Shown: in pieces, positions 1 through 9,786 of the stretch
How the letters are laid out: every line of letters starts with the position of its first letter
How positions within the stretch are numbered: the stretch's first letter is position 1
Origin: Clostridia bacterium
GTDB taxonomy: Bacteria; Bacillota; Clostridia; JAAYHZ01
Assembly: GCA_050950825.1 (NCBI GenBank)
Contig: JBMNIH010000006.1
Location: forward strand, 256,001 to 320,000
Direction: 5' to 3'
Length of the DNA stretch: 64,000 nucleotides
Program-made: the position numbers and the translations under genes
The notes under the pieces: generated by a model
The model's input: only the letters and a program-made list of their open reading frames with translations
Told to the model about the DNA's origin: nothing
The model's database searches: none

Positions 1-548
1 CCGGAGCTGATATTTTTGTAATAGTTAAAGCTGAATGCCCCTGCATGACCGATGCTTCCTAACCTTCTTCCCTTGTAGGAGCCTCCTACCGCTTGGCAGG
101 CATCCTCCAGCACCTTGATGTTGTGTTTATCGGCAATTTCCATGATACGATCCATATTGCAAGGAAGGCCTACCATATGTACCGGTATAACCGCTTTTAC
201 GTTCTTCGTGATTTTTCTTTCAAAATCCTGCGGATCCAACGTACAGGTTTCGTCTACTTCCGCGATGACGGGGATCGCTCCGACCATAAGGACCGCCGTT
301 GCCGTTGCCATAAAGGTATATCCCGGAACGATTACTTCGTCCCCCGGGCCGATTCCCAAACCGGCCAAGGCACAAGCCAGTGCTCCGGTTCCCCCGGATA
401 CGCAAAGACTATATTTAACGCCGCATTTCGCAGCCCATTCTTTTTCGAAATTCTCCGCCTCTTTTCCCGCTTCGTTAACTCTGAAAAGATTTTTTGATTG
501 AATAACGCGGGCTACCGCTTCAATTTCCTCTTGACCTATCCTATACAT
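1..548 (-). CDS. DegT/DnrJ/EryC1/StrS family PLP-dependent aminotransferase (5' part; runs off the window start; absent from ORF track)
   Basis: Manual translation from ATG at 548 (AGGAGG RBS upstream): MYRIGQEEIEAVARVIQSKNLFR...SGGTGAL...GIGPGDEVIVPGYTFMATA...VIPVHMVG...VLEDACQA...GAFSFNYYKNIS. Contains the EDAxQ and S-F-x-x-x-K PLP motifs of the family. Confidence 0.9.
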   Translation of the reverse strand, partial: MYRIGQEEIEAVARVIQSKNLFRVNEAGKEAENFEKEWAAKCGVKYSLCVSGGTGALACALAGLGIGPGDEVIVPGYTFMATATAVLMVGAIPVIAEVDETCTLDPQDFERKITKNVKAVIPVHMVGLPCNMDRIMEIADKHNIKVLEDACQAVGGSYKGRRLGSIGHAGAFSFNYYKNISS

Positions 549-615
549 CCGATTTATCCTCCTAAAGAAAAATGATATACACGTAAATTATACCATTATT
601 TAGCCGGATATTCTG

Positions 616-1716
616 CTAATTTCTGCTCTGCGATTCCGTATTTGTTTCCGTAATCTTTTTTCGGGTTTGGGATATTTGATCCACAATATTTAAAACAACG
701 GCTTTGATTATGGCCACTGTCGGTACCGCCAAAAACATGCCGAGTATCCCTGCAATCCTGCCTCCCAATAAAACACAAAGGATGGTAGTCACTTCATGAA
801 CGCCCACCTTGCTTTTCATCATCCGAGGCGTGATAAACCCGCTTTCGATTTGCTGAATCACGATAAAAAACAAAGCGGTCCATAAGGCCTTGGCCGGAGA
901 ATGAATCAGAGCGATCCCTACGGAGGGAATCGCTCCGATGAAGGGGCCGATAACGGGTATGAGGTTGGACATTCCTCCGATAAGGCCCAAAAGAAGAGGA
1001 TAAGGGATGCCCAACACCAAAAGGCCGAGAATTTCAACGAGTACCAATAAAAGAGCAACCATCAGCTGGCCTTGAAAGAAGCTTTTTAAAACCGTATGGA
1101 TATCCTTTAACGTTTTATAGATAAACGGTCGGTATTTTCGGGGAATTATGGAATCCAGTTTCTGAATAAATACCTCCGTATCCGCCAAAATGTAAAAGGC
1201 GATAATAAAGCCGAAGACAAAATTAACGATGGAGTTAAAGATATTGATCATTCCGTCGGCAATCTTTCCCGTAAGAGTTATAATCTTCGCTTCAAACTCC
1301 GGCGCTTTTTGCCGAATCATCCGGTTGAAGGATTCTTTTAAGAAGCCGATTTCCGAACGGTTGATGCCTTCCGTTAATTTTTGAAATATTTCTTGAACGG
1401 AAGCCGCCATATCCGGTAACGCCTTTGCTATCCCTTTTAAGTCACCGGTTAAAAGAGGCAGCAAAAATACAGCCGCCAAAATCGACAGGATAATAAAAGT
1501 GACGAACGAAAGGAGAACGGCCAATTTTTTGTTCACCTTTCGTAAAGTTAAAAATTTAACCCCCGGGCTTATAACGTAATACAAAATCAAAGCAATAAAA
1601 AGCGGCTTTGCCGTCTCTTTAATTTCCTGCCGGTATTTGATTGTAAAAGTTGCCGTTACAATAAAAATGAATGTAACGGCTACAGATAAGATGAGTTTTC
1701 CTCTATTGATTCTCAT
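616..1716 (-). CDS. AI-2E (PerM/YrrI-like) family membrane transporter
   Basis: 366 aa, multiple TM helices, motifs NLIPVIGPFIG, QQIESGFITPRMM and GILGMFLAVP. Confidence 0.85.
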   Translation of the reverse strand: MRINRGKLILSVAVTFIFIVTATFTIKYRQEIKETAKPLFIALILYYVISPGVKFLTLRKVNKKLAVLLSFVTFIILSILAAVFLLPLLTGDLKGIAKALPDMAASVQEIFQKLTEGINRSEIGFLKESFNRMIRQKAPEFEAKIITLTGKIADGMINIFNSIVNFVFGFIIAFYILADTEVFIQKLDSIIPRKYRPFIYKTLKDIHTVLKSFFQGQLMVALLLVLVEILGLLVLGIPYPLLLGLIGGMSNLIPVIGPFIGAIPSVGIALIHSPAKALWTALFFIVIQQIESGFITPRMMKSKVGVHEVTTILCVLLGGRIAGILGMFLAVPTVAIIKAVVLNIVDQISQTRKKITETNTESQSRN

Positions 1717-1722
1717 GTATCT

Positions 1723-1872
1723 TTATAGGATGGTTCGAAACATTTTCTCTACTTTATGAATCATTCTTTTCGTACCGGGAGACAATCCGCCTCTTGCGGT
1801 TTGCGAAACAATCATACCTACCGCGGAACCTACCAAACTACCTAAAATTAATCCTTTTGCTACGGATCTCAT
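1723..1872 (-). CDS. Small 49-aa membrane protein, YtxH-like N-terminus (absent from ORF track)
   Basis: MRSVAKGLILGSLVGSAVGMIVSQTARGGLSPGTKRMIHKVEKMFRTIL*. AAGGAGG RBS about 13 nt upstream; fills the gap between two co-oriented genes; GxxxG hydrophobic helix. Confidence 0.7.
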   Translation of the reverse strand: MRSVAKGLILGSLVGSAVGMIVSQTARGGLSPGTKRMIHKVEKMFRTIL

Positions 1873-1892
1873 CGTTTGATCATACCCTCCTT

Positions 1893-2435
1893 TCAGTTCT
1901 TCGATTCTCTCAGGCCGCCGCCCGTCAGCATTTCTTCTTCCGAAACCTTATCCAAAATCACCATCTCTTCGGCAAATTCCACCCGATCCATGAAAGGTAT
2001 CAGCTTTCTACCGTTGTAGGCGTCCTGGATAAGGCCGTCGGAGGCTTCGATTGCTTCAACGGCGCCCGTGTATAAATTAATGATGATGTCATAAACGCGC
2101 CCGTATTCCTTGCCGGTTTTGCTGCAAACCTTCTTCCCCAGGTAATTGCCCAAGGTGCAGTCGTTGTAGCTTTTTTTAAGCTCTTTTACGGACATCATGG
2201 AAGATCCGGACTTTATCAGGATCCTGTCATTTTTGATGTCCTGAATATCGGTGAATAGAACGGCAGGCTTCACCAAAGGCAGCAGCCCTCTTTCCAAGAG
2301 CAGCGCCACCGCTTTTTTTTCATCCAAAAGGAACATGATATCCTTTACCGAACCGGCAAAGCGGTCCTCTTTGGCAAAATATGCGCGTTTTCCCAAGATG
2401 TCTTTGTAATTCACCAATTGCAATGTTTCGTTCAT
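1893..2435 (-). CDS. Tandem PRC-barrel domain protein (YrrD-like)
   Basis: Two PRC-like repeats (DILGKR...GSVKDIMF and YLGKKVCSKTGKEYGRVYDIII...SDGLIQD). Confidence 0.75.
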   Translation of the reverse strand: MNETLQLVNYKDILGKRAYFAKEDRFAGSVKDIMFLLDEKKAVALLLERGLLPLVKPAVLFTDIQDIKNDRILIKSGSSMMSVKELKKSYNDCTLGNYLGKKVCSKTGKEYGRVYDIIINLYTGAVEAIEASDGLIQDAYNGRKLIPFMDRVEFAEEMVILDKVSEEEMLTGGGLRESKN

Positions 2436-2501
2436 GCTTTTTTACTCTCATTAATTTATTCAAAATTATTTTCCCCCTTAAAAACGTATTTATCAGTGTC
2501 A

Positions 2502-2530
2502 AAGTGTGCATGTTTTATAAGAAACTATGC
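2502..2530 (-). promoter_or_regulatory. Possible forespore sigma-G/F-type promoter
   Basis: Minus strand GCATA-N17-CACACTT upstream of the PRC-barrel gene, resembling the B. subtilis sigma-G consensus GHATR-N17/18-CATAHTA. Confidence 0.35.
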
Positions 2531-2656
2531 AAAAAATGAATTTGCACGTATCGATTCATTTGACAAAAACAGGTTGGAGAGTTTAAAATCAAAGCACGAT
2601 GCCAAAGCGTATCGAAAAAATATAAAATTTATATAACCGGAAAGCAAGGAAAACTT

Positions 2657-3979
2657 ATGAATCAAGAACTTTTCTCAGGAACAGGGATGGCAATCCCGAA
2701 TATTATGCTGCCGAATCGATCCGTGGATTTGGAAAAGTGGGCTGTCGTTGCCTGCGATCAGTATACCTCCGAGCCGGAATACTGGAACCAAGCGGAAGCC
2801 ATTGTAGGGGCTTGTCCGTCAACATTAAGAATTATTTTGCCGGAAATCTATCTTGATAAAAAGGATGCGGAGCAAAGAATCGAAAACATCAATCGCACCA
2901 TGGTCCGCTACATAGACGAGAACATTTTGGAGGACATCGGCCCCGCCTTTGTTTTGGTCGAAAGAACCTTTCCTTCGGGTTCGGTTCGAAAAGGATTGAC
3001 GGTGGCTTTGGATTTGGAATGCTACGATTATTCTTCTCGGTCGGAATCCTTGATTCGTCCTACGGAAGGAACCGTGGAGGATCGACTTCCTCCCCGACTA
3101 AAGATTCGAAAGGATGCACCCTTAGAGTCTCCCCATATTCTTGTTTTAATCGACGATCCGGATAAGACCGTCATCGAACCTCTTTTCGAAGAAAAAGACC
3201 GTTTGGAAAAGCTTTACGATACGCCTCTTATGCTAAACGGCGGACATGTTAGAGGGTACAAGGTATCAAGCGAGGAGCATTTCCGAAAAATTGCCGACGC
3301 AATCAAGGCTTTAGGAAATGCCCGGGTGCAAAAAGAAAAGTACGGTCAAGAAGGACCGACTTTCCTGTTCGCTATGGGAGACGGAAATCACAGCTTGGCC
3401 ACGGCCAAAGCCCACTGGATGTCGATTAAAAAGAATTTGACGGAAAAACAGGCAAAAGATCATCCTGCACGATTTGCCTTGGTGGAGCTTGTCAACCTCC
3501 ATGACCCCGGAATCGTGTTCGAGCCCATTCATCGGGTCCTGTTCGGTGTCGCTCCTGAAAAATTTATAAAGGACACGCTGGAATACATGGAAAAAGAGCA
3601 TCCGGGAAGCTTCTTTGCCCCCGAAAAGCCCGAGAATTCGGCGGAATATCACTGCATTAAAATACACGGAAAAGATTGCTCCGGATATTTGTGCATAAAA
3701 AATCCCTCCTATACGCTGGAGTACCGAACCGTACAAGAGTATTTGGACTTTTATCTGGCAAACAATCCTTCCGTCAAAATCGACTATATACACGGAGAAA
3801 ACGCTTTAAAAACTTTAAGCAATCGGCCTTTAAACACCGGAATAGAAATGGAGTCCATCGGCAAATTTACATTATTTAAAACGGTAATGAAAGAAGGCCC
3901 CTTGCCCCGAAAATCTTTTTCCATGGGAGAAGCCTACGAAAAAAGGTATTACATGGAATGCAGAAAAATTAAGCCTTAA
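2657..3979 (+). CDS. DUF1015 family protein
   Basis: Motifs WAVVACDQYTS, IRPTEGT, LESPHIL, AMGDGNHSLATAK, DYIHG and LPRKSFSMG. Confidence 0.85.
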   Translation: MNQELFSGTGMAIPNIMLPNRSVDLEKWAVVACDQYTSEPEYWNQAEAIVGACPSTLRIILPEIYLDKKDAEQRIENINRTMVRYIDENILEDIGPAFVLVERTFPSGSVRKGLTVALDLECYDYSSRSESLIRPTEGTVEDRLPPRLKIRKDAPLESPHILVLIDDPDKTVIEPLFEEKDRLEKLYDTPLMLNGGHVRGYKVSSEEHFRKIADAIKALGNARVQKEKYGQEGPTFLFAMGDGNHSLATAKAHWMSIKKNLTEKQAKDHPARFALVELVNLHDPGIVFEPIHRVLFGVAPEKFIKDTLEYMEKEHPGSFFAPEKPENSAEYHCIKIHGKDCSGYLCIKNPSYTLEYRTVQEYLDFYLANNPSVKIDYIHGENALKTLSNRPLNTGIEMESIGKFTLFKTVMKEGPLPRKSFSMGEAYEKRYYMECRKIKP

Positions 3980-5211
3980 GCATACAATCCGGCGGTGTAG
4001 CCGGTGGAAAACGCCGCCGTCAAATTGAAGCCTCCGGTGTATCCGTCGATATCGATGACCTCACCGGCAAAAAAGAGATTCTTTACAAGGACGGATTCCA
4101 TGGTGCCGGAATTGATTTCTTTCACATGGACTCCTCCTTTGGTAACAATAGCCTCTTCAATGGGTGCCGGTTTCTCAATCGTCAACGTGAAATTTTTCAG
4201 AAGCTGTCTTACGGCTCTTCTTTGTTCCGCGGTAATCTGATTGACCGTCGTTTCCGGATCGATTCCCGACAGTCGTACAAACACGGGAATCATTTTGGAG
4301 GGCAACAAATCCCCCAATGCGTTTTTATATTGCTTATTCGAGTACTTTTCAAAGTCCCGAAGAATACGAGCGTCCAGCTTCTTCTCGTCCAATGCCGGCT
4401 TTAAGTCGATCACCGTCTTGCAGCCTTTGTATTTGTAGTCCGCAATCATTCGGGAGCCCGTTAAAACGGTAGGACCGGAAATGCCGAAATGTGTAAAGAG
4501 AAGTTCCCCAAAATCGCTCCATATTTTGTTTCCGTCAGGGTCGTAAAAGGTGACCGCGACATTCCTTAAAGACAGACCCATCAAGTCTTTTACGAAGGTT
4601 TCGACGGTGTATAAGGGTACCAAGGCAGGCTCCGGAGGGATCACGGTGTGGCCGGCCTGCTTAGCCAAAACATACCCGTCTCCCGTGGAACCGGTTCTCG
4701 GATAGGATTTTCCTCCCGTGGCGATAATGACGCTGTTTGCATAATACACTTGGTCGTTGGCCGTTTTCACGCCTATAACCTTGCCGTTTTCGATTATCAG
4801 TTCTTTTACGGCGGTATTGTATATCATGGTAACCTTATACCTTTCCACCGCCTTCATTAACGCTCGAACGACGTCTTGGGCCTTGTCCGATTCGGGAAAG
4901 ATTCTTCCTCCCCGCTCCGTTTTCGTCTTCAGGCCGTATTCACTAAAAAAATTCAGTAAGTCCCGATTGGAAAAGGTATACAAAGTAGAATACAGGAACT
5001 TCCCGTTCCCGGGAAAATTGCGAATAATTTCGTCGATATCCGCGTCGTTGGTTATATTGCATCGTCCTTTCCCGGTAATTAAAAGCTTTTTGCCGGGTAT
5101 ATTGTTCTTTTCTAAAACGATGCATTTTTTACCTGAAGAAGAAGCGGATACAGCCGCCATCAGACCTGCCGCACCCGCTCCTATAATAATCACGTCCGTA
5201 TTGTTTGTCAT
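3976..5211 (-). CDS. HI0933/BaiN family NAD(P)/FAD-dependent oxidoreductase
   Basis: GAGAAG, GKKLLITGKGRCNITN, ATGGKSYPRTGSTGDGY, FTHFGISGP and GYTGGFNL motifs. Start reassigned to MTNNTD (ATG 5211), which overlaps the upstream stop codon (ATGA). Confidence 0.9.
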   Translation of the reverse strand: MTNNTDVIIIGAGAAGLMAAVSASSSGKKCIVLEKNNIPGKKLLITGKGRCNITNDADIDEIIRNFPGNGKFLYSTLYTFSNRDLLNFFSEYGLKTKTERGGRIFPESDKAQDVVRALMKAVERYKVTMIYNTAVKELIIENGKVIGVKTANDQVYYANSVIIATGGKSYPRTGSTGDGYVLAKQAGHTVIPPEPALVPLYTVETFVKDLMGLSLRNVAVTFYDPDGNKIWSDFGELLFTHFGISGPTVLTGSRMIADYKYKGCKTVIDLKPALDEKKLDARILRDFEKYSNKQYKNALGDLLPSKMIPVFVRLSGIDPETTVNQITAEQRRAVRQLLKNFTLTIEKPAPIEEAIVTKGGVHVKEINSGTMESVLVKNLFFAGEVIDIDGYTGGFNLTAAFSTGYTAGLYA

Positions 5212-6131
5212 AGATCTTCTTCTTCCTCGATTTCCCACTTGGTTTTTGCGTAAGTATGTTTGTCCTCGATCCGTTCGTACACGTCGTATTCGTCCCAAAT
5301 TTTCTCCAAATGCTGCAGCGTACGGTGAACCGTTTCTTTTCTTTTCATCCCTAAGGCTACCACCAAGGCCGTAATCACGCTTAAAGGCGCCGTCAGGGAA
5401 TCCACAAAGGATGTCATATCGCTTTTCGCTAGAAGCGCCAGGTCGGCATGCCTTGATACAGGCGAATGATAACTGTCGGTAATGGCAATGACCTTTGCTC
5501 CGTTATCCTTGGCAAACTGCATGGCTTTTGCCGTCCTTTTGGAGTAGCGAGGAAAGCTGATTCCGATAACCACGTCTTCCGTCGAAACATTGATCATCTG
5601 CTCGAATATCTCGCTGGCCGAAGTGGTATTGACCAAACGCACATTATCGAAAATCAAGTTGAAATAAAATCCCATGAAGCCTGCTAATGCGGAGGAACTG
5701 CGAACACCTAAAATGTATATGGTTTTCGCCGCCAATATCAAGTCCACCGCATTATCAAAGTCTTCATTGTTGATCATTCCGAGGGTTTCTTTTATATTTC
5801 TGCTGTCCGCCGCCAAAACGCTCCGGAGAAGGTTTTTCTCGTCCATTCGGTCGGAGGCCACCTCCAACCGCTGGGCGGCGGTCAGCTTGTTTTTAATCAG
5901 CTCTCGGATGGCTTTCTGCATTTCCGGATACCCTTCGTAACCCAATTCCATGGCAAAACGAACAATGGTGGATTCGCTCACACCAATGCCGTTGGACATG
6001 GCGGCAGCCGTATAAAATGCAGCCTTATCCAAGTTTTCTTTTATAAATACCGCGATCTTTCGCTGGCTTTTCGTAAAGCTGTCCATCCTGCTTTCGATGA
6101 CGTTTAACAGCTCCGTTGACTTTGGTCCCAT
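5208..6131 (-). CDS. MurR/RpiR family transcriptional regulator (HTH + SIS)
   Basis: GVSESTIVRFAMELGYEGYPEMQ HTH; SIS motifs ISFPRYS and AITDSYHSP. Confidence 0.9.
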   Translation of the reverse strand: MGPKSTELLNVIESRMDSFTKSQRKIAVFIKENLDKAAFYTAAAMSNGIGVSESTIVRFAMELGYEGYPEMQKAIRELIKNKLTAAQRLEVASDRMDEKNLLRSVLAADSRNIKETLGMINNEDFDNAVDLILAAKTIYILGVRSSSALAGFMGFYFNLIFDNVRLVNTTSASEIFEQMINVSTEDVVIGISFPRYSKRTAKAMQFAKDNGAKVIAITDSYHSPVSRHADLALLAKSDMTSFVDSLTAPLSVITALVVALGMKRKETVHRTLQHLEKIWDEYDVYERIEDKHTYAKTKWEIEEEEDL

Positions 6132-6140
6132 TTTCTCTCC

Positions 6141-7538
6141 CTAGATCGGATGTACCTTTTCTTCCTTGTTCACCATATCCGGATCTATCTTGTATTTCAT
6201 TGCTTGTCTGTACTCAAAATATTTCTTCGCTACTTGCGGGAACGAAGCATAGGACAATACGTCTTCATCCTGCTCGATGTACTCGGCAATTTCCTTCTTG
6301 AAGTTTTCCAATCCGGGCTTCAGTAAATCCGCAGGACGTACCGTAATTCTTTCTTCTCCCTTCAGAATCTTATCGATGATTTCCTGCTTAATGGGTGCCG
6401 GTGTTTTTCCGTATTCCCCTTTAACAAGAGCCTTGGATTCGTTGGGAACCATTTTGTATCTTTCTCCGGTTATAACGTTTAATACGGCTTGAGTTCCGAC
6501 AATTTGGCTGGAAGGCGTAACCAAAGGCGGGAATCCGAAGTCTTCTCTTACGCGAGGTACTTCGTTCAGCACTTCTTCATACAGCTCGGTTTTTCCGGCT
6601 TGCTTCAATTGGGAAACCAAGTTGGACAGCATACCGCCGGGAACCTGATATACCAAGGTATTTACGTCTACGCCCATGACCTTTGCGTCCATCAAACCGG
6701 AGTTTAACCATTCTTCTCGTAACGGTCTGAAGTAATCGGCAATCTCCGTCAAGAGACTAATGTCATATCCGGTATCATAAGGCGTTCCCTTCAGCGTTGC
6801 TACCAAAGGTTCGGTAGGCGGCTGCGAGGTGCCTAATGCCATAGGCGAAATCGCGCAGTCCACAACGTCCGCACCGGCTTCAATGGCCTTTAAGTAAGCC
6901 ATGGATGCAACACCGCTGGTATAGTGGCTGTGAACCTGAATCGGTACCTTTACGTTTTCCTTCAACGCTTTAACAAGGTTGTAGGATTCGTAAGGCAACA
7001 AAAGTCCTGCCATGTCTTTTATACAAATGGAATCGGCCCCCATATTCACAAGATCCTTTGCGATTTTTACAAAGTGATCCAAGTCATGTACCGGGCTGAT
7101 GGTGTAGCAAACGGCTCCTTGGGCATGGCCGCCTTCTTTTTTACAAGCTTTCATGGCGGTCTCCAGGTTCCGAATATCGTTTAAGGCATCGAAGATTCGG
7201 ATGATATCGATACCGTTGGCGATGGCTTTTTGCACGAAATATTCCACCACGTCGTCCGGATAATGTTTATATCCTAAAAGGTTTTGACCTCTTAACAGCA
7301 TTTGCAGTTTTGTGTTCTTCGCTTTGTCTCGGATCTTTCTTAATCGATCCCACGGATCTTCGTTCAAAAAGCGAAGGCACGCGTCAAAGGTGGCGCCTCC
7401 CCAGCATTCCAAGGATTGGTACCCTACTTTGTCCAACTTTTCGATAACGGGCAGCATGTTTTCAATGCGCATTCGTGTGGCAATGAGGGATTGGTGGGCG
7501 TCACGCAAGACCGTTTCCGTTATTTTCACTTTTCCCAT
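6141..7538 (-). CDS. oadA: Oxaloacetate decarboxylase alpha / transcarboxylase 5S-like subunit (no C-terminal biotinyl domain)
   Basis: ETVLRDAHQSLIATR, ECWGGATFD, IKDMAG, HSHYTSG, QVPGGM and PLVTPSSQIVG motifs; 465 aa. Confidence 0.88.
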   Translation of the reverse strand: MGKVKITETVLRDAHQSLIATRMRIENMLPVIEKLDKVGYQSLECWGGATFDACLRFLNEDPWDRLRKIRDKAKNTKLQMLLRGQNLLGYKHYPDDVVEYFVQKAIANGIDIIRIFDALNDIRNLETAMKACKKEGGHAQGAVCYTISPVHDLDHFVKIAKDLVNMGADSICIKDMAGLLLPYESYNLVKALKENVKVPIQVHSHYTSGVASMAYLKAIEAGADVVDCAISPMALGTSQPPTEPLVATLKGTPYDTGYDISLLTEIADYFRPLREEWLNSGLMDAKVMGVDVNTLVYQVPGGMLSNLVSQLKQAGKTELYEEVLNEVPRVREDFGFPPLVTPSSQIVGTQAVLNVITGERYKMVPNESKALVKGEYGKTPAPIKQEIIDKILKGEERITVRPADLLKPGLENFKKEIAEYIEQDEDVLSYASFPQVAKKYFEYRQAMKYKIDPDMVNKEEKVHPI

Positions 7539-7604
7539 TCAATCGTGATCTCCTTTCCTAGTACTTCCGTTCATATCCAATAAGATACCTTTTAAAGATA
7601 TCGA

Positions 7605-8030
7605 TTAAGCAATGGAAACCAACAAGTCTCCTGCGTTAACCGATGCACCGGGTTGTACGTTAATTGATGCGATGGTACCGTCTTTAGGAGCGACAATTTC
7701 ATTTTCCATTTTCATGGCTTCCAATATGCAGAGGACATCCCCTTTCTTAACGGTAGCACCTTGAGTAACCATAATTCTTAAGATGGTACCGGGCATAGGA
7801 GCGGTAACTTTTTCGGCGCCGGCCGGAGCGGTTTTTGAAGCAGCCGGTGCTTCGCTCTTAGCGGGAGCAGGCGCAGGTGCGGGAGCCGCTGCAGGCGCCG
7901 CTTTCGGTGCGGGAGCGGGAGCGGGCGCGGGAGCCGCTACCGGTACCGTCTGAACAACGGAACCGTCTCTTATTTCATCAACTTCAACTTCGTATTGATT
8001 TCCATTCACTCTAATTAAAAATTTTCTCAT
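7605..8030 (-). CDS. Biotin carboxyl carrier protein
   Basis: EAMKMENE biotinylation motif and an Ala/Pro linker. Start set at MRKFLIRVNG (ATG 8030) after a GGAGGA RBS. Confidence 0.92.
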   Translation of the reverse strand: MRKFLIRVNGNQYEVEVDEIRDGSVVQTVPVAAPAPAPAPAPKAAPAAAPAPAPAPAKSEAPAASKTAPAGAEKVTAPMPGTILRIMVTQGATVKKGDVLCILEAMKMENEIVAPKDGTIASINVQPGASVNAGDLLVSIA

Positions 8031-8056
8031 AATATTCGTATCCTCCAATTCTTTTT

Positions 8057-9604
8057 TTACAAAGGTATATTACCGTGTTTCTTTTTCGGTCTCGATTCGC
8101 TCTTCGAAGCGAGCATTTCCAATGCCGCTGCAACATATTGTCTCGTTGCGGCAGGATCGATGATATCGTCAACAAACCCTTTTGAAGCCGCTACATAAGG
8201 GTTGGTTACTTTATCCGTATATTCGCCGATCTTTTCTTGTCTTGTCCGTATGGGATCATCGGAATTTTTAATTTCGTTGCGGAATATGATATTCGCCGCT
8301 CCGTCGGGCCCCATAACCGCGATTTCCGCAGACGGCCATGCATAAACCACATCGGCGCCTAAGTGCTTGCTGTTCATGGCAATGTATGCACCGCCGTAGG
8401 CTTTGCCGATAATAACGTTCACTTTCGGAACCGTCGCTTCGCTGAAGGCATACAACAGCTTGGCGCCGTGACGGATAATTCCGTTATGTTCTTGGTCCTT
8501 GCCCGGCAAATACCCGGGTACATCCGTAAGCGTTACCAAGGGAACGTTGAAAGAGTCGCAGAAGCGAACAAATCTTGCAGCCTTGTCCGAAGCATTGATG
8601 TCCAAGCAGCCGGCTTTTACGATAGGCTGGTTGGCTACGATACCGACGGTCTTTCCGTTGATTCTCGCAAAGCATGTAACGACATTTTGCGCGTAATCGG
8701 GATGTATTTCAAAGAAATCACCGTTATCGACGATGGAACGAATAACGGATTTCACGTCGTATCCGCTTTTACCGTCCGGAATCAAATCGTAAATTTCCGG
8801 AGCCGTCCTGTTTAAATCGTCCGTGCACTCGTATGCGGGCAGTCCGGACAAGTTATTGTCGGGCAAATAGGATAACAATTTTCGGATTCCTTCAAAACAT
8901 TCATCTTCGGAAGCAAATTTCCGATGGGCGTTTCCGCTTTTGGAAGCGTGAGCCGAAGCTCCGCCTAAGTCCTCCATGGTTACTTCTTCACCGGTGGTGG
9001 CTTTAATTACCTCGGGTCCGGTTATGAACATTTGGGAGATGTTTTCCACCATAAAAACAAAATCGGATAAAGCCGGAGAATAGGAAGCACCTCCTGCACA
9101 GGGACCTAAAATCACGGTGATCTGGGGTACGACGCCGGACAGCATGGTGTTCATCTTAAAAATGTCTCCGTACCCGCCTAACGCTTCAACACCCTCTTCG
9201 ATTCGAGCTCCACCGGAATCGTTTAATGCAATGAAAGGTGCACCGGTTTTAGCGGCCATATTCATAACATTGACAATCTTTTTCGCGTGCATCGCTCCTA
9301 AAGAGCCGCCGATGACGGTGAAATCTTGTGCCGCTGCAAAAACGGGTCTTCCGTTGATGGTACCGTAACCGGTAACGACGCCGTCTCCCGGAGCTTTTTT
9401 CTTTTGTATATCAAATTCAATACAGTGAGTCTCGGCAAATGTGCCCACTTCAACAAATGAACCTTCATCAAAAAGCTTGCTTATACGCTCTCTGGCGGTT
9501 AGCTTGCCTTTTTTGTGCTGTTGGTCAATTCGTTCTTGACCTCCGCCCAATTCGAGCTTTTGCTTTTTGCTTTGAAGGTCATTAACCTTATCAACAAACG
9601 TCAT
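8057..9604 (-). CDS. Acyl-CoA carboxyltransferase (methylmalonyl-CoA carboxyltransferase / transcarboxylase 12S-like)
   Basis: GKLTARERI, QDFTVIGGSLG, DSGGARIEEG, GPCAGGASY, KAYGGAY and KKHGNIPL motifs. Start at MTFVDK after GAGGTG. Confidence 0.9.
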   Translation of the reverse strand: MTFVDKVNDLQSKKQKLELGGGQERIDQQHKKGKLTARERISKLFDEGSFVEVGTFAETHCIEFDIQKKKAPGDGVVTGYGTINGRPVFAAAQDFTVIGGSLGAMHAKKIVNVMNMAAKTGAPFIALNDSGGARIEEGVEALGGYGDIFKMNTMLSGVVPQITVILGPCAGGASYSPALSDFVFMVENISQMFITGPEVIKATTGEEVTMEDLGGASAHASKSGNAHRKFASEDECFEGIRKLLSYLPDNNLSGLPAYECTDDLNRTAPEIYDLIPDGKSGYDVKSVIRSIVDNGDFFEIHPDYAQNVVTCFARINGKTVGIVANQPIVKAGCLDINASDKAARFVRFCDSFNVPLVTLTDVPGYLPGKDQEHNGIIRHGAKLLYAFSEATVPKVNVIIGKAYGGAYIAMNSKHLGADVVYAWPSAEIAVMGPDGAANIIFRNEIKNSDDPIRTRQEKIGEYTDKVTNPYVAASKGFVDDIIDPAATRQYVAAALEMLASKSESRPKKKHGNIPL

Positions 9605-9712
9605 TAAATTCACCTCGTTAATAAAAAATATATTTCATATAAGCCCTGAAAAACTTAGCTTGGCATCTTTCACTTTTGTATAATATAGCAAACTGAACGA
9701 TAATCAAAATAT

Positions 9713-9741
9713 ATTATATAGAAAAGACTCATCTTTTGCAA
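9713..9741 (-). promoter_or_regulatory. Sigma-A promoter of the carboxyltransferase operon
   Basis: Minus strand TTGCAA-N17-TATAAT. Confidence 0.6.
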
Positions 9742-9786
9742 TTAAATTTGAGTAAAATCGCACAAACATAGTGATTCCTTTCCAAA

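Noticed and set aside
93-501. Plus-strand ORFs 93..497 and 115..501
   Set aside because: Antisense shadows of the minus-strand DegT-family aminotransferase.
7815-7940. GC-rich gcggga-type short repeats
   Set aside because: They encode the ordinary Ala-Pro linker of the biotin carrier protein, not a repeat element.
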